Made by a program: the position numbers and the translations under genes. Under the pieces are notes generated by a model, which did not search any database, was not told the origin of the DNA, and saw only the letters and a program-made list of their open reading frames with translations. From Botryllus schlosseri (Eukaryota), in contig CM119386.1 of assembly GCA_051294905.1 (NCBI GenBank), forward strand, positions 5,580,001 through 5,644,000: a DNA stretch of 64,000 nucleotides. The letters are read 5' to 3'. The first letter of the stretch is position 1; every line of letters begins with the position of its first letter. This document shows positions 50,115 through 63,066 of this stretch, one piece after another.

Positions 50115-53100
50115 CTATAGGCACTTGGTAGGATAGCACTCAGAAATCGCAAGACTAATTATATTCAATCTATAATTAATGCTGATGGGAAGAATATGGT
50201 GAAATTATCGATGAAATCGGGGGACTCAAACTCGTACCAAAGGAAATCGACGTTTATCAATACCCTGCGACTCTTGAGTCATGTATCGTATGGTGTCTTC
50301 AGTCACCTCACGAGGGGGCCACTTTGCAAATACCTTCGTTGCGCAGGATGACCTATTCATGGATAACAGTGTGCGATATGGTCGAGTGAAACTACTTTTT
50401 CAATACCAGAACCACGTTCTAGCATTCGATGAAGTGCACTCACGCCAACCACTGTATTGTAATCCCAGTTGTTCGTCCGTAGTAAATTACGGCTAAACTA
50501 AAAAAGACATATTTTATACAAGGTACATGCTTTAAACATGTATGTGCTAATTTTATTTTTGCTTCAAATGTAACCTTAGTGCTGTCCCATGGCTCTGTTG
50601 GACAACATTTGTGGGCAAAATGTCAGACTGGGCCGAATATCAAAATCAGCATGCTGAATGCTGATATATTGAGTTCAGATTTGTGGTATAGCGGTATTTC
50701 GATCATAACGCATATGTTTACGGAGACGGCAATAAATATGAAATGTTGCGAATGCTAACATTTTCCAAATACCACATGCAAGGGATCAGAATAATATAAA
50801 TGAGGACCCATCCGATTACTTATCACTAGAATGCAGTCCTCCTATACGAGGCACAGTGGCGAAACCGTGGGTTCGGAGCTGCTCTTAATCTGTTGTGCAT
50901 TCTAGAACCAATGCTACTAGAATTGTCAGCCATCCAGAAAAATAAGCGGCGATTCTGCATTCTGTATCGAAAAAAACTCACATGAAAAATAAAATCAACG
51001 ATTATCAAAAATCACTACCTCCATGGAGGTTCGCCTCATAATATCAGATTATAAGAATTATTTGCGCGACTATAACGGTATTATAAATGAAAGCAGTCAC
51101 GAAACAGCCTTGTTAAAATTCTGACGCCATAGTGCGATATAGGTGCGTGACCCGCGGTAAAGTTGTATAGCACGCCAAAGCTCACGCCTCCTGGAAATTG
51201 GCTTGAAATAGGCCGCAACTAGGTCTCGACCGCAGTATGGTCTCGACGGACCATATCTAATAATTAACATTGGTATGCTCGGGATCTTATATCTCTCTAA
51301 AAAGTGAAAAGGCTTTTCGCCTATCACAACTTTTTGTAAAATTGCGCTCCAGAGCGCAAGTCGGTCCCAAGAGGTTGTCATTCTGACTACGGTCTATAAG
51401 CTACTATAGGACAATATAGCTGGAAGCAGAGTCATATTGTAAGCATAAAATGTTGAGAACATGACTTGCGCCTACCTAAAAACACAGGCCTTCAAGAGAG
51501 ACTATACCATAAATTGAACGGAAGTTGTATGTATCTTACTCGACAAATAATACTAACAAGATTACGCATATCCGTCATTCAGCGACCGTGAAATCCACAT
51601 TTGGATTAGGTTTGAAAACTGTAGAGAAAGTTTGACAAATATATTTTTTGCGGTCCGTCGAATGTGAAAAGTGCGTTGACGCGGATCACTATTAGGAATG
51701 CTTAAAATAGTTTCTCATTTACCGAGGTCTTGCTGCCGAATCGGTGAATCTAAACGTTATCTGCAATAACTCTCACCAATACCATTATAAGGTCCCCTTG
51801 TGCAAAATAAGCCTTTGAATAGCGAAACGCGTGACGAGCATAATAGTCATTGCGACTCTATGGGCCGTCTAAAGAGAATTCAACTATATATTTTGGATAC
51901 TAATTCCACGTAAAAAGTCGATATTCGACCTTCTCATTACGACGTAGAGCGCCTGGTAACTGAATTTTGATGGTGATTTTATCAACATCTAGAATGAAAT
52001 GGATGATTGTTTTATACGACCGTGTTTGTAATCACAAGTTCTGCCCAGCGTCACAAATGATCGTTAGGGATTGAGTGTGGGACATATCCGCTTAAGAGAA
52101 GGTAAATATAACGTTGTAACACATCATCAAATTTTTATCGTAGTGTGGGAAAGAATGCCATTGGAGTTTTCGGAATATGCTGGATTGCTGGTACATATAG
52201 GCCATACCGAGAAAGGTCATCAAGCGTGCGACCTGCGCATGACACGGCTGACACGCCAAATATTTTCGATACGGTCGACATCTAGTTTCCTACAATGAGT
52301 TAAAGCTGATCTGTAGATAATAGATTACCGTTTGCAGTGCCAAGAAAATTTTAGAATCAAATAAACTTGAATCAATGTTGCGCACACTAACCCTGACGCG
52401 CATATAGATGAACGCGTTTGTAGGCCTGTAGCCTACTTCGTCGGTCGGTCACTGCATCAGGTAAAGTGAAAAAAAGTGGCACACGACGTCTACGCGTGTA
52501 ATACAGCCTGTATGAGGCATATATTCACGTATACGAAAATGTATTGTATAGTGCTTCGAAAAGGGTTTGGATTAGTGCATTCAGAAGGTTTTGTAGAAAT
52601 TGAAGGTGTATTCCTGGGTGATGAATGACGCGTTCAACGAGTGCCATAGGACATATGCATTGACTCAGCATTATGCAGATGGATATATAATAATTATATT
52701 ATATGTGTATGTTGGTCGGGGTTTGAATTACAATTTTTTGATGCATAGGGAAACGCGTGAAAGATATATCGCAATTAGCTTGCATTTGGCGTGGATTTAA
52801 ATGAGGATGCCAAATGTAAGGCTTATACTCGGCAACAGATGTTCAAATTCAGGTGACTGGTTATATAAGTTTAATCACATCAAAATGTTTAGCAAATATT
52901 TCGAATGCCACTGCAAGATGGCTTAGGCATCCGTTAAGATAATTTTTTACACGGATCAATGCAGTACTAAAATATCTACAGCAATAACGGCATATAAATT
53001 AACTTATCAACTGGAATTTACCGCCAGATAGCTCAGAGAAATATCATAGTATTTCATATCTTATAATACTGGCGTTAGGAGCGAGTGATATCTAAGAGGG

Positions 53101-53310
53101 CATGAGTATCACTCACGTCACCCTCGAGTGCTTGAGTTTGTAGAAACTTCGAATAGAATATCATGATTTCCTTGCGAAGCTATTCATATCCGATGTTTGG
53201 GCTTAATCCATTCGTGTCGCGACCACGTCACTTCACGTAACGAATTAGCAATTTGTGGAGCTGAAATAGTTCTTTCATCGACCATCGTGACTACAAATAA
53301 TGACAGATAA

Positions 53311-53815
53311 GTCGGTCAATTTGATCATAAAAATGATATCCAATCCATCCATCTTCTGGTAAAGTACAACACACGCGCGTCCACGTCGTCCAAATATCAT
53401 ATGATCGACCGAAAAGATCATCGCTCCATCAAATATGCCGGACCTGATGTGTGGAACAGTATCCCGCCGGCCATCCGACAGTCGACGAGCATGTCCACAT
53501 TCAAGTCGAAATACAAGCAATTACTACTAAATAAATACAGTCCATCCTCAAGATTACCGGACCACGACTGACCTATCGATCTCGCTTCCCATGACATGCC
53601 GCCCTATTTCTTGTCGCATTATTTTTCTATACTATCTTCTTTACTTTCATTCAGTGTGCATGCCTCCTCTTTACATCGCCTAGGCCAAGGTGGGTGTCAG
53701 ATTCCATAGACTACTCCTTGTCGCTTCGACATCTTCCTGTCTTTTCATTGTATCGCATTTTTGTGGTGTATTGAACTGATAAAATTGCTAATAAACCAAT
53801 GATGATGATGATGAA
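53311..53815 (+). mobile_element. 5'-truncated L2/Crack-like LINE 3' end
   Basis: Frame YNTRAS...SIKYAGPDVWNSIPPAIRQSTSMSTFKSKYKQLLL, stop at 53569-53571, 3' UTR ending AATAAA then (GAT)n. Confidence 0.78.
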
Positions 53816-54148
53816 GTATTATAAAGGCTGAATTACGCTACCCGCGAATGCTGAATTGGTTTGGTATTGTCATCCTCAACCCATAGGCCCATAATGACAC
53901 ACATTGAGATCAGGACATGATGAGGCATTCGAGTGCAAACGTAAGGTCCGGTTAGTTGAACTTCCCCGCTGCGAATTGACAACGTCCTATAGTTGAGAAA
54001 CGATTGAACGTTCTGAAATGATTCACAACGGAATTTCAAAAATTATTTATATTATATTAGCATGACAATTCCGTTATTATGCCTTACAGATTTTCTTGCA
54101 TATTGAAGTATAAAATACATTTACTGTATATATACATATCACTTTGAA

Positions 54149-57100
54149 ATGCACTTTATGTGGACCATGATTGATGTTTGCGGGATAGCATTGGCAATCA
54201 TCTTCTCAGCCGACGCGATCGAGTCTAGAAAACGTACTTCAGGTAAGATTTAGTTATTTGGTTGAAGATTCTGATTGTTCCTGTTCGTTTCACATATTGC
54301 CATAAGTATTGAGTAGAAACTGACATGTCTCGCGGGAAATAATCGTTATCCTATTTTATCCTGTATACAAGTTTAACTCCTCCGTTTCATCCCGCACCTA
54401 CCGCCTACAAGACCTACATACACAATTTGTTCCTGCCGAGGGCTCGCCTTTGTGAGTATCCATTCCTCATTTGTATGCACAGAGAATGAATAAGTCGTAA
54501 CAGGAAAGTATAGGCAGTGTATACATCTGGACAAAGCTGAAATTCCGCCGACAATCCTGTAATATAATGGCTCCATTTCACAGTCAGGCGATTCTTGAGC
54601 TCGGTGGATAACCAGACTGTAATCAAACTTTTAAATAAACAGGAAAACTTCCCACCCGTTTTGATTTAGATAACTCTAGCGCGGAAGAAGCTGATTTTGT
54701 ATGCGCAGATGGTGAAACCCGAATTTCCAATTATAAATTGTGTAACAATATTGATGACTGCAAGGATTCATTTGCAATTGACGAATGCATCTGCCCGGAC
54801 GTTAGCGATTCAATAAGGTGATTTGCTCGATAAAAAATAGCATGATATTAATATATTATGACTGTGCGAATTGGATATTAGTCGAGAATTTGCACTTTAT
54901 AGTGCTTTGGAAGTCCTGTTATTTTTGCTTTGAACAGGGTTATTCACGAACACTGTGATCATCACTCGTCGCTATGGGATCTAGCACAATGATTCGAGTA
55001 GCCCCATGGCCATGGTAGCCCATACTAGGATCAGATCGATAGTTAATGATTTGAGTCGAATAGCGAGAGTAAATTTTGTGTCAAACTTTCCATGACTGCC
55101 GTATTACTGATTCGTGAGTACTTTATCACATTGCGACAACTTCTTGCTACCACTTAAATATACCGGGTTGTAACTTGTAATGACTCGAGTCTCAATCTTC
55201 CGATGACTCAACCTGGGTCACTTTGTGATTAATTCGACTTGCACTCGAATCATTACACATGACTCTACCGAGTCATGGCTTGATTCAAGTCTCGTTGTAT
55301 CACGACCGATACTTGATAAATAGACTCCGAGACAGTCTTGACTTGTGACTCGGAACCTATAGTGACTTGATTACAACCCCCAAAATACGACCACCCGACG
55401 CAATACGACTATAGATGATAAAAGTAAAGTAAAGAAATGTCATATATATGTGGCGAGATAGCGTAGTGGTATAATCCACAGCTGCAACACCAATGGGTTG
55501 TGGGTTCGGGTCCGACCGAGGTCGACTCCAAAATTCCTATACCTAGTGTTGGAGGTTTATCTAGGCGCCTTATCCGTATAAGCGGGTGTCCTATAAAATC
55601 CAAGAAGTGGGCCGTGTTTATAATATGCATCGGTCCTATTGCAGGACATCGTGCGAAAAGTGGATGATCGTACAATACATATTCCCGGGCGCGACTACCA
55701 AATCACTCGCGACAGACGAAAGTCAAATCATTTTACAATGCATCATGGAAGAAAGTCTCGTCAATTGCTCAAGTCATCGAGCGGAAATACAATGCGATAC
55801 GCCAGGCCTGTGCGTGACTGCGGCATCTTTTTGTGATGGTCAGCAATGCTGTCCCGATGGAGCAGATGAAAGACATGTAGGTATGATATGTTCGAGTGCA
55901 AGTGGTCCGAATGGAACTACTGTTTCTAAATATTTTCATATGTTACAGCCAGGGCCGTAACAGCACTTCATCAGCCCCCCCAAAAAACGTTGGTCCTGGG
56001 CCCCCCATAGGGTGATAAACCGGACTTTTGGGGGGCTTCGCCCCCCAGACCCCCCTAAGGCTATACGCTGTTTACCGCTACATTTCATTTACATTGGGTG
56101 TCCGTTTAGTGAATCAGCTTTTCCGGCCTTAACGCGCGAAGCGCGAGAAAATTCCAATATTCATGACTGAATCGGTCAATATTATCGGGAATTGCATATA
56201 TATTGCTATCAATTTTTATCCTCTCCCTGCTCACGTAATCAGATTTACCGGTAGAGCTGAGTGAGGTGTGTTTGGAAAGGTAGGACCCCTCGATGATAAT
56301 TAAACATCTCCGGGTGTATTGTATACCCGTTAGGCAGGAACGAAACATCTACATTATAGATGTACTGTTTAATGAGCCAGCGCTAAGCGCACAAATTTTC
56401 GATAATTCATGATAAAATCGAACAATAAGATCGGAAATTGCATGTATATTGCTATCAATTTGTTGTCCTCTCTGCTCACGTAATCAGATTTTGTCTTGGA
56501 AAATGTAGAGCCCGTAAATACTAATTAAACATCTTCGGGCGGGCAGACCCGTTGGTATGACTTCGTTACATGATGTTATTTCGTGACCTCCTGTCTGCTA
56601 TGTCAAAAATAAAGAATCGCCCAAACGTACTAAACTAAAAGATCACACGATTTCAAATTGGTATTTCTTCACTGGCATATAATTTTTCCCTGCGGGGTGG
56701 TATTTGTCTTGTGAGGTTCAGATTGCCAAGACAGGAACATTTAGGCGCCTATTGACAATTAAACCTACATGTATTTTGTATATAAAACGAAGTTTTCGGT
56801 CAGCAGAAGGGCGGTCCTTTTCGGCCCAGGTTTTCTCGCTGCCTATCGTTCTGGCACACTTCTTGCAGTCGCATGTTACATATGGCCTAAGACTTTATAT
56901 GTCTTGGTGCGTCGTGGCGAGGTAATGGCCAACGCCGATATGCCCATTTCTATAAATCATGCGTATTTTTTCTTGTGGAAAGAGTACCCAATATTCAAGA
57001 TACTTGGCAACTTGAAATCGCGCGAAGCGCGGAAAATTTTTGAAAAAGTTGCATAAATTTTCAAAAAATACTCTATAATTTATGCTAATTCACGAATTAA

Positions 57101-60100
57101 TTTTGGGCCCCCTTCGAGCTCGGGCCCCCCCCCCAATTGGGGGGTTTGGGGTGCGGCAGTTACGGCCCTGGTTACAGCACAAGTAGTCGAGATTTTCCGC
57201 GTATATAGAAGATATCGATAGAAGTTTTGATATGTATATAGGCTTGGAATTAAAAGCGAATAGGATCGAATCGAAGGTGGAAATCTCGTTTATGTCCGCC
57301 ACCATGATTTCCGGTGCCGTTTCCAACAAAATTTTCATCCCAAGCTCAACATTTGGCTACGTTTCATTTCTGCTACATATAACACTATTGATAGACCGCT
57401 CATATGGACTAAAAACGGCATGACCGCAAAAAACTTGGGCTTCTTTTTCAAACCTGCATAACTAATATGTTAGGAAATTGGTCAGATCAAAACCCGCATT
57501 GCCACCCCCCCCCCGAGATGCAAGAGTGCATATTATAGCAATAGAGAAAGGTTATTAACCAGAGAAATTACTAAATTTCTAATGTGCCGTTTTCATTATT
57601 GTAACTTGAGGATACTTCGTCTTCACAACCAAAATTGTATTCTCTGCTATAATACTACATGGTTAATCAATTCATTTCTCCACGAGACACATTGCTGAGA
57701 TCTGAAAATTCGAAACAACATACAAGATACAAGATTGTCGGGTCTATGAGATAATAGGCCTACTCATCGGAAGTCGTTGCTATCAAAGGATTCGGACTGA
57801 AATGTCGCATCAAAGGAGGGAAGAGCTTCGATAAGTGTTTGTTGCCACAAAGTCACGAACACGACACTGAGGATCAGTGCGAAGATGGAGCAGAGAATTG
57901 TAGAGTTTTGGACTCGACCGGAGAATGGACTGGACGAATAAAACCACATTGTTTTCAGTGTATGAATAAAGAGCACGTAGGTCCCAAAACATTAATATTG
58001 CAGAAAGAAGATTGTTATCAAATCATCCTTGTGGTGCAGGTGATATTATCGGATCAAGTCTGTGATGGTGTCTTGGATTGTTCGGATTTCTCGGATGAGT
58101 GCCTTTGCAGCTCGGTGAAAACACCAGAAGTATGTCGGCTTATGTACGAGAAGGATTTCCTGGCGGAGGAGGAATGCACCAACGGCACTGGTATATGTCT
58201 ATAATGTGACACCTTCGCTAAATTTATCGTTTTTGAATTTATTTACTGTAGGCATTTTGTCACACTTCATAAATTATTGATCGACAAGTCTCGACCATGC
58301 AAAAATTCGACACCATTCTGGTTTTAGGATGCCGACCGAAAATTATAGAGGCTGTAGACCAGATATTTTCGCAGTACACTAGAGATAATGTTAGGTTATG
58401 TTCGCATACCCACCCCAGGTATCCGCGAGGCAATGCGTGATATTTTATATTTATAATAAGATCGATTTGCAGGTGATATCAGCTGCGGTAACGGGAACTG
58501 TATATCGAGGTCTCTCGTATGCGACACGTCATTAGATTGTTCCAGTGGAATCGATGAGCTACACTGCTATTCCAAGAAGGTTTGTGTATTGCTTATACGA
58601 ATTAAAGTCGTTATAAATGTACATCAACTCTAATAAAATAGAAACTAACTATACCTGATCCGAGTACGTACCATAAAACCAGTCTTGCAATGTATACTTG
58701 CATTTTTAATTCACCACAGCATCCGAGATGAGCATGGATTCGGACTTGAAAAACAGGACTTGAGCCGGATGCGGATACCAGTTGGATTTACGTTGTTTGC
58801 TGCTGGATTTGGAATAAAGATCGTTAACTATACTATTCGTTCATGCGAATTTTTGAAGAAATATAAATTATATACCGGATCTATACCTGGATTTGGGCAT
58901 GGTTCGAAAAAATCGATATAGATTTCAATCTAAAATCCGGAACAGGATTTGGATTTGAATACATTATATTCGATCGTCTCTGCAAAGCATACATCAATAA
59001 CTGGAGGTTTCATTCTATGAATACCCTGATTTCTTAATTGCATTTGATGAATTTATTCTGGTTTTACACAGCTTGGTGTCGCGGAAATAGTATTTCATAA
59101 CGGAGGATAATATTCACATAAGAGGTATCCCGAACTTCAGACTGAATCATTATCAAATAATGAATTGACTCTTGGTTCACGTGAGAAAATAGGCACTGCA
59201 GTCTACAGCTACGCCATTCAGTGTTTCTTAACCTTCACGATCGTACCCCTTGAGCTTTCATGAAATGTGCTCGTATAAATTGTTTGTAGTTATAGGAACA
59301 TGCGTACATAAGCTACATGCATGCATTGCGATATGCTAATCTAGTCTTTAATCGAGATTCCGCAACTCTGTTTTGCAGTATCGCGACTACTTCGGCCTAT
59401 TCAACCAGTTGAACACCACGATTTGCATCAAAGGAATTTACCCAAACAAAACCCTCATGTCACGGGCTGTGATGTGTGATGGCATACCCGAATGTCAATT
59501 CTACGAAGACGAATGCGTAGCGGAATGTTCGGAGTTTGTCAATTCTACTCTAGCCGAGTATTGTGGAGAAACTAGCAAATGCGTTCCCGGATATCTTGTC
59601 TGCAATGGCGTGAGAGACAGTCAGAAGCTGCCTCAATGCAACTACACGTATGTTCCTTATGAAGAGGAAGATTGTGAGCGTCGGTTTTATTGCGATGCTA
59701 GAAGCGCCACGATGATCAGCATCGACCGTCGTTTGGTAAGTATAGGGCTAAAATCCAGTTATAATCAGCTTCTGAGAGTTTTGAGTCAGCAATGTTCTGT
59801 TTTTACATAACCTAACTCGCCTCCCAAATTCGCATTCTTGAACTTGGGCTGAGAACCACGCGTTCTGGAAATTGGTGTGCTGAGGCCGGAGGTATATACT
59901 TTCCGGAGTATACTCGAGCAGGTTTTGTCGACTTACGCTACTTACTCCAGTGGTTAAGTAGGCTATTTAGACTAATTCCACTTCTACTTAACAGTTTCAG
60001 CTTCTATGTTTCAGAATACTTATTTATTCACTTACTTGGTAATGACTATTTCTACCTGTACTTGAATAGTAATTCATCTACTTCTACTTTGAGTACCAAC

Positions 60101-63066
60101 AAATAACGACGACTACTTTGATTACCTCTGGTTTATGCTGTGAATGAAGGACACTTACACCTCTTTCCCAAATTACCGTATTGGGCATTGTGATGCCATA
60201 GGTTTCGGCTGCGTCATAATGGATGCGCTGCAGCAGTAAATAGGCTCTGTGAAGCGATATGTTGCGGTCTCTGGGTTGATCTGTATCAGAATTCAGAATT
60301 GTAGCTTAACCTTCTATCGTAGGTTAGAGCTGTATGAATACTTAACTTCTAGAATTCCTGTTGGCTGTCTTCGAGTCAGATATTCTCAATGCAATACAAG
60401 TTATTCAACGTTATGCAAGTAGTTTGAGCGTATGATTCTCTTAATATTGCACGCGTGGTGTAAGACTTTATATTAGGCTTACCATATTTTGGAAATCAAA
60501 AAAGAGGACACTTTTTCTGAAATTTGCAACTTGCAAAACCGGAGTGAAATTCTCAAAAACCGGTTAATTTTGCCCACTTTGTGATCGGTTGACTAAAAAA
60601 AAAGGTCATCTTTTCGCTCAGAGCTAAAATCACCGTTTTTCACTCCGAAATACCCCCCGGAGCTTCACTTCTGTGCTAATATGCGGCATATCACTCGCAA
60701 TTTACTCTAAATCTGCCTAAATTTTCAAAAAAGACGACAAAATCTCAAAAAAGAGGACAAAAGGCCGTCCTCCGAGGACACTTTCAAAAAAGTCAAAAAA
60801 GAGGACAAATCCTCTTAAAAGAGGACGTATGGTAAGCCTACCTTATATACGCCAAGTAATTTACGACAGGAAGTAATACATTTATGATTGCACGATCATG
60901 ATCACGATATAACTGCAGCGCGCAACGTTATGTCAGTTTTGATGATATTTGGCCCTCCTTCATTAATTTCATATTGGCCATGCTTTTGTGTGCATGGACT
61001 TATTTGATTAACGAATTGATCTATATGCGATCGTACGTCTTCCGAGTCGCAGGAATCATTCGGGGGCGCTGCGCTCTATATATGATGAGGTCTCAAATTT
61101 GATTTGGAACATTTTGGAAGCAGACATTATTCTCGGAATACCACCGTATTCGAATTGCACAGCTAAAAGGTTTTCACGAAATGTACCACTACGTTCTACC
61201 TATATCTGTGATATCAACTATCGAGGTCACTCGTCATCAAGGAGGAGCCTACAGTATAGATCAGTGGTTCCCAACGTGGGCGATTTTGAAAAACAAGGGA
61301 CCGAAAATACCAATGGGGGGACTGGGGGGGGGGGGGGGCAATAGGGAGGGAAAATGTTAGAACGTCCAGTGAGATATATTTAATTAATACGGCCAAAAAT
61401 GCACGTGAAGACGGCTTATTCTGCATATGACACGAAAAAAGGTTAACTCAACGAATAGAAAAAATTACGTTTTTCAGTCAATTCACTAGCGATCAGAGTT
61501 AGGTAAATAAATTTTCCCGGTTATATGTCCACTTTTTCGGATCCGTAAATGTGTGGGGGGGAGGAGAAAATTGGTATCGAGCTAGATAAGGGGGTGATGA
61601 GTCGAAAAAGGTTGGGGACAACTGGTATAGATAAACCTCCAACCCTTCAGGTGTGTGACGGCGTAGTTGACTGCGATGACGGATCTGATGAGTCCAAAGA
61701 CAAGTGCGGTGGCGACAACCGATTCTACTGCGCGACTAATCGTACAGCTGCCGCGATGCAGAGTGGTCGCACTACGTTCGTGTCTCGTAACAAAGTTTTT
61801 GACGGTGCATTCGACTGTGACGATGGCTCAGATGAGTGTTCCTTCACTGCTCTCAGTTCGGAATCCGAAATGATTCGTTCGGTATGGCTTCGAACTGTTC
61901 TGTGGATCAGCGCTGTTGTTGCTGTGTTGGGGAATCTTTCTGTCGTCGTTTTTTCGTTTGCTAAAATGCGACACCGGAAAGAGGCTTGTCGCAATAAGTC
62001 TGCCGCATTTATTTGTCATCACATTTTTGTGTTTAGCCTGTCGCTAGCAGATTTGCTAATGGGAGTCTATCTTGCAAGCTTATCCATCCAATCCAGCGTA
62101 TTTTCGGGATCGTACTGCCTTGAAGACAAAAAATGGAGATTGGGAAACACATGTGTGGCGTTGGGGGTAATAGCCCTTATATCGAGCGAAGTTTCGGTGT
62201 ACAATATTGTGCTTATGGCGATATTAAGATACATTACCATTAAAGATCCCTTTTTCTCAAGGTTTTCAGAATCACTTGTTATGAAAACTCGGATTTGTGT
62301 TGTAATTGGGTGGTTAGTATCAATCATTATTTCCGTAGCGCCAATATATCCATTCGCTAGCTATTTCCAGTCGCAAGCCTTCGTACGGAGTCCGCTCTTC
62401 TCGGAGTATGAAGTAAAGCCTAATGAATTAACTCAGTTAAAACAAAGAATCGACACTGCTCACCATAGAGGTTACACATCAAATGTATCATATCTGAATA
62501 TCTTGTCACATGTAATTTCAACTGATGAAGATATTCAATGGGTGCATGTGTATGGAACAGTGAGTGTGTGTCTCCCGGGATTGTTCAGGACTAGAAACGA
62601 ACAAGGATGGGAATATTCTCTTGTACTTATCCTCTTAAATTCCATGTCTTTTATCATCATGTCGACGTTTTATGTGTTTTTGGTAAGAGCCACTAGACAA
62701 TCTCGTCAGTCGATCAACAGCGACACGCCCACGCCCAATGATATCGAATACAAATTGATGAGACGTGTTACCTTCATACTTATTACGGACTTTCTATGTT
62801 GGATTCCGATTTGCATTTTGTTTTTCTTGTGTCTTTTCGGATCCATTGTTGACTCTGCTACATTAGTCACATGTGGCGTAGTGTTGTTGCCGATAAACAG
62901 TGCACTGAACCCAATCATATACTCTGGACTACCTGACATGCTTTCCGATTTGTTCAGGTCGCTCTTTCGGTCTGGCAAATCTACTCAGCCAGCATCTGTC
63001 TCGTCAATACCATTGACTACCCCAGCGAAAATTAGCCCTCCAGGTACAGAATCCCCCGACTCATAG
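54149..63066 (+). CDS. LDLa-repeat rhodopsin-class GPCR (GRL101/RXFP-like 7TM, no LRRs), ~905 aa, 8 exons
   Basis: Exons 54149/54158-54242 (signal peptide-like), 54643-54817, 55645-55880, 57789-57976, 58040-58190, 58473-58579, 59379-59735, 61651-63066, phases consistent. About 9 LDLa-like modules (e.g. [27 protein letters not shown]), then a 7TM with [41 protein letters not shown] and [12 protein letters not shown]. Confidence 0.88.
55163..55381. mobile_element. Short degenerate GACTCGA-family MITE (GPCR intron 2)
   Basis: Ends CCGGGTTGTAA / TTACAACCCCC with internal GACTC repeats; no clear TSD. Confidence 0.65.
55450..55622 (+). mobile_element. tRNA-derived SINE, family A (GPCR intron 2)
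   Basis: A-box TAGCGTAGTGG, B-box GGTTCGGGTCC; ends ~22 nt before the acceptor at 55645. Confidence 0.75.
55950..57170. mobile_element. hAT-type element, CAGGGCCGTA family (GPCR intron 3)
   Basis: TIRs CAGGGCCGTAA / TTACGGCCCTG; perfect TSD GTTACAGC. Confidence 0.9.
58723..58982. mobile_element. AATCC-family hAT MITE, reverse copy (GPCR intron 6)
   Basis: Ends CCGAGATGAGC / TCGTCTCTG; flanks CACAGCAT / CAAAGCAT (7/8). Confidence 0.72.
60474..60840. mobile_element. hAT MITE, same family as 18844-19212 (GPCR intron 7)
   Basis: TIRs TAGGCTTACCATA / TATGGTAAGCCTA; flanks CTTTATAT / CCTTATAT (7/8). Further partial copies at ~25020-25192 and ~21550-21838. Confidence 0.88.
61262..61624. mobile_element. 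Charlie-like hAT MITE (GPCR intron 7)
   Basis: Ends CAGTGGTTCCCAAC / GTTGGGGACAACTG; perfect TSD GTATAGAT; 26 nt upstream of the last-exon acceptor. Confidence 0.88.

Noticed and set aside
50281-50496. ORF with YGRVKLLFQY as a transposase remnant
   Set aside because: Resemblance too vague and no element ends found.
57171-57423. Extra GPCR exon after the acceptor-like TSD GTTACAG
   Set aside because: The phase-1 reading hits a stop within 15 codons, and exon 3 joins 57789 cleanly.
61549-61650. N-terminus MCGGEEKIG... of the 505-aa ORF
   Set aside because: Encoded by a MITE end and intron; the real exon begins at acceptor 61651.
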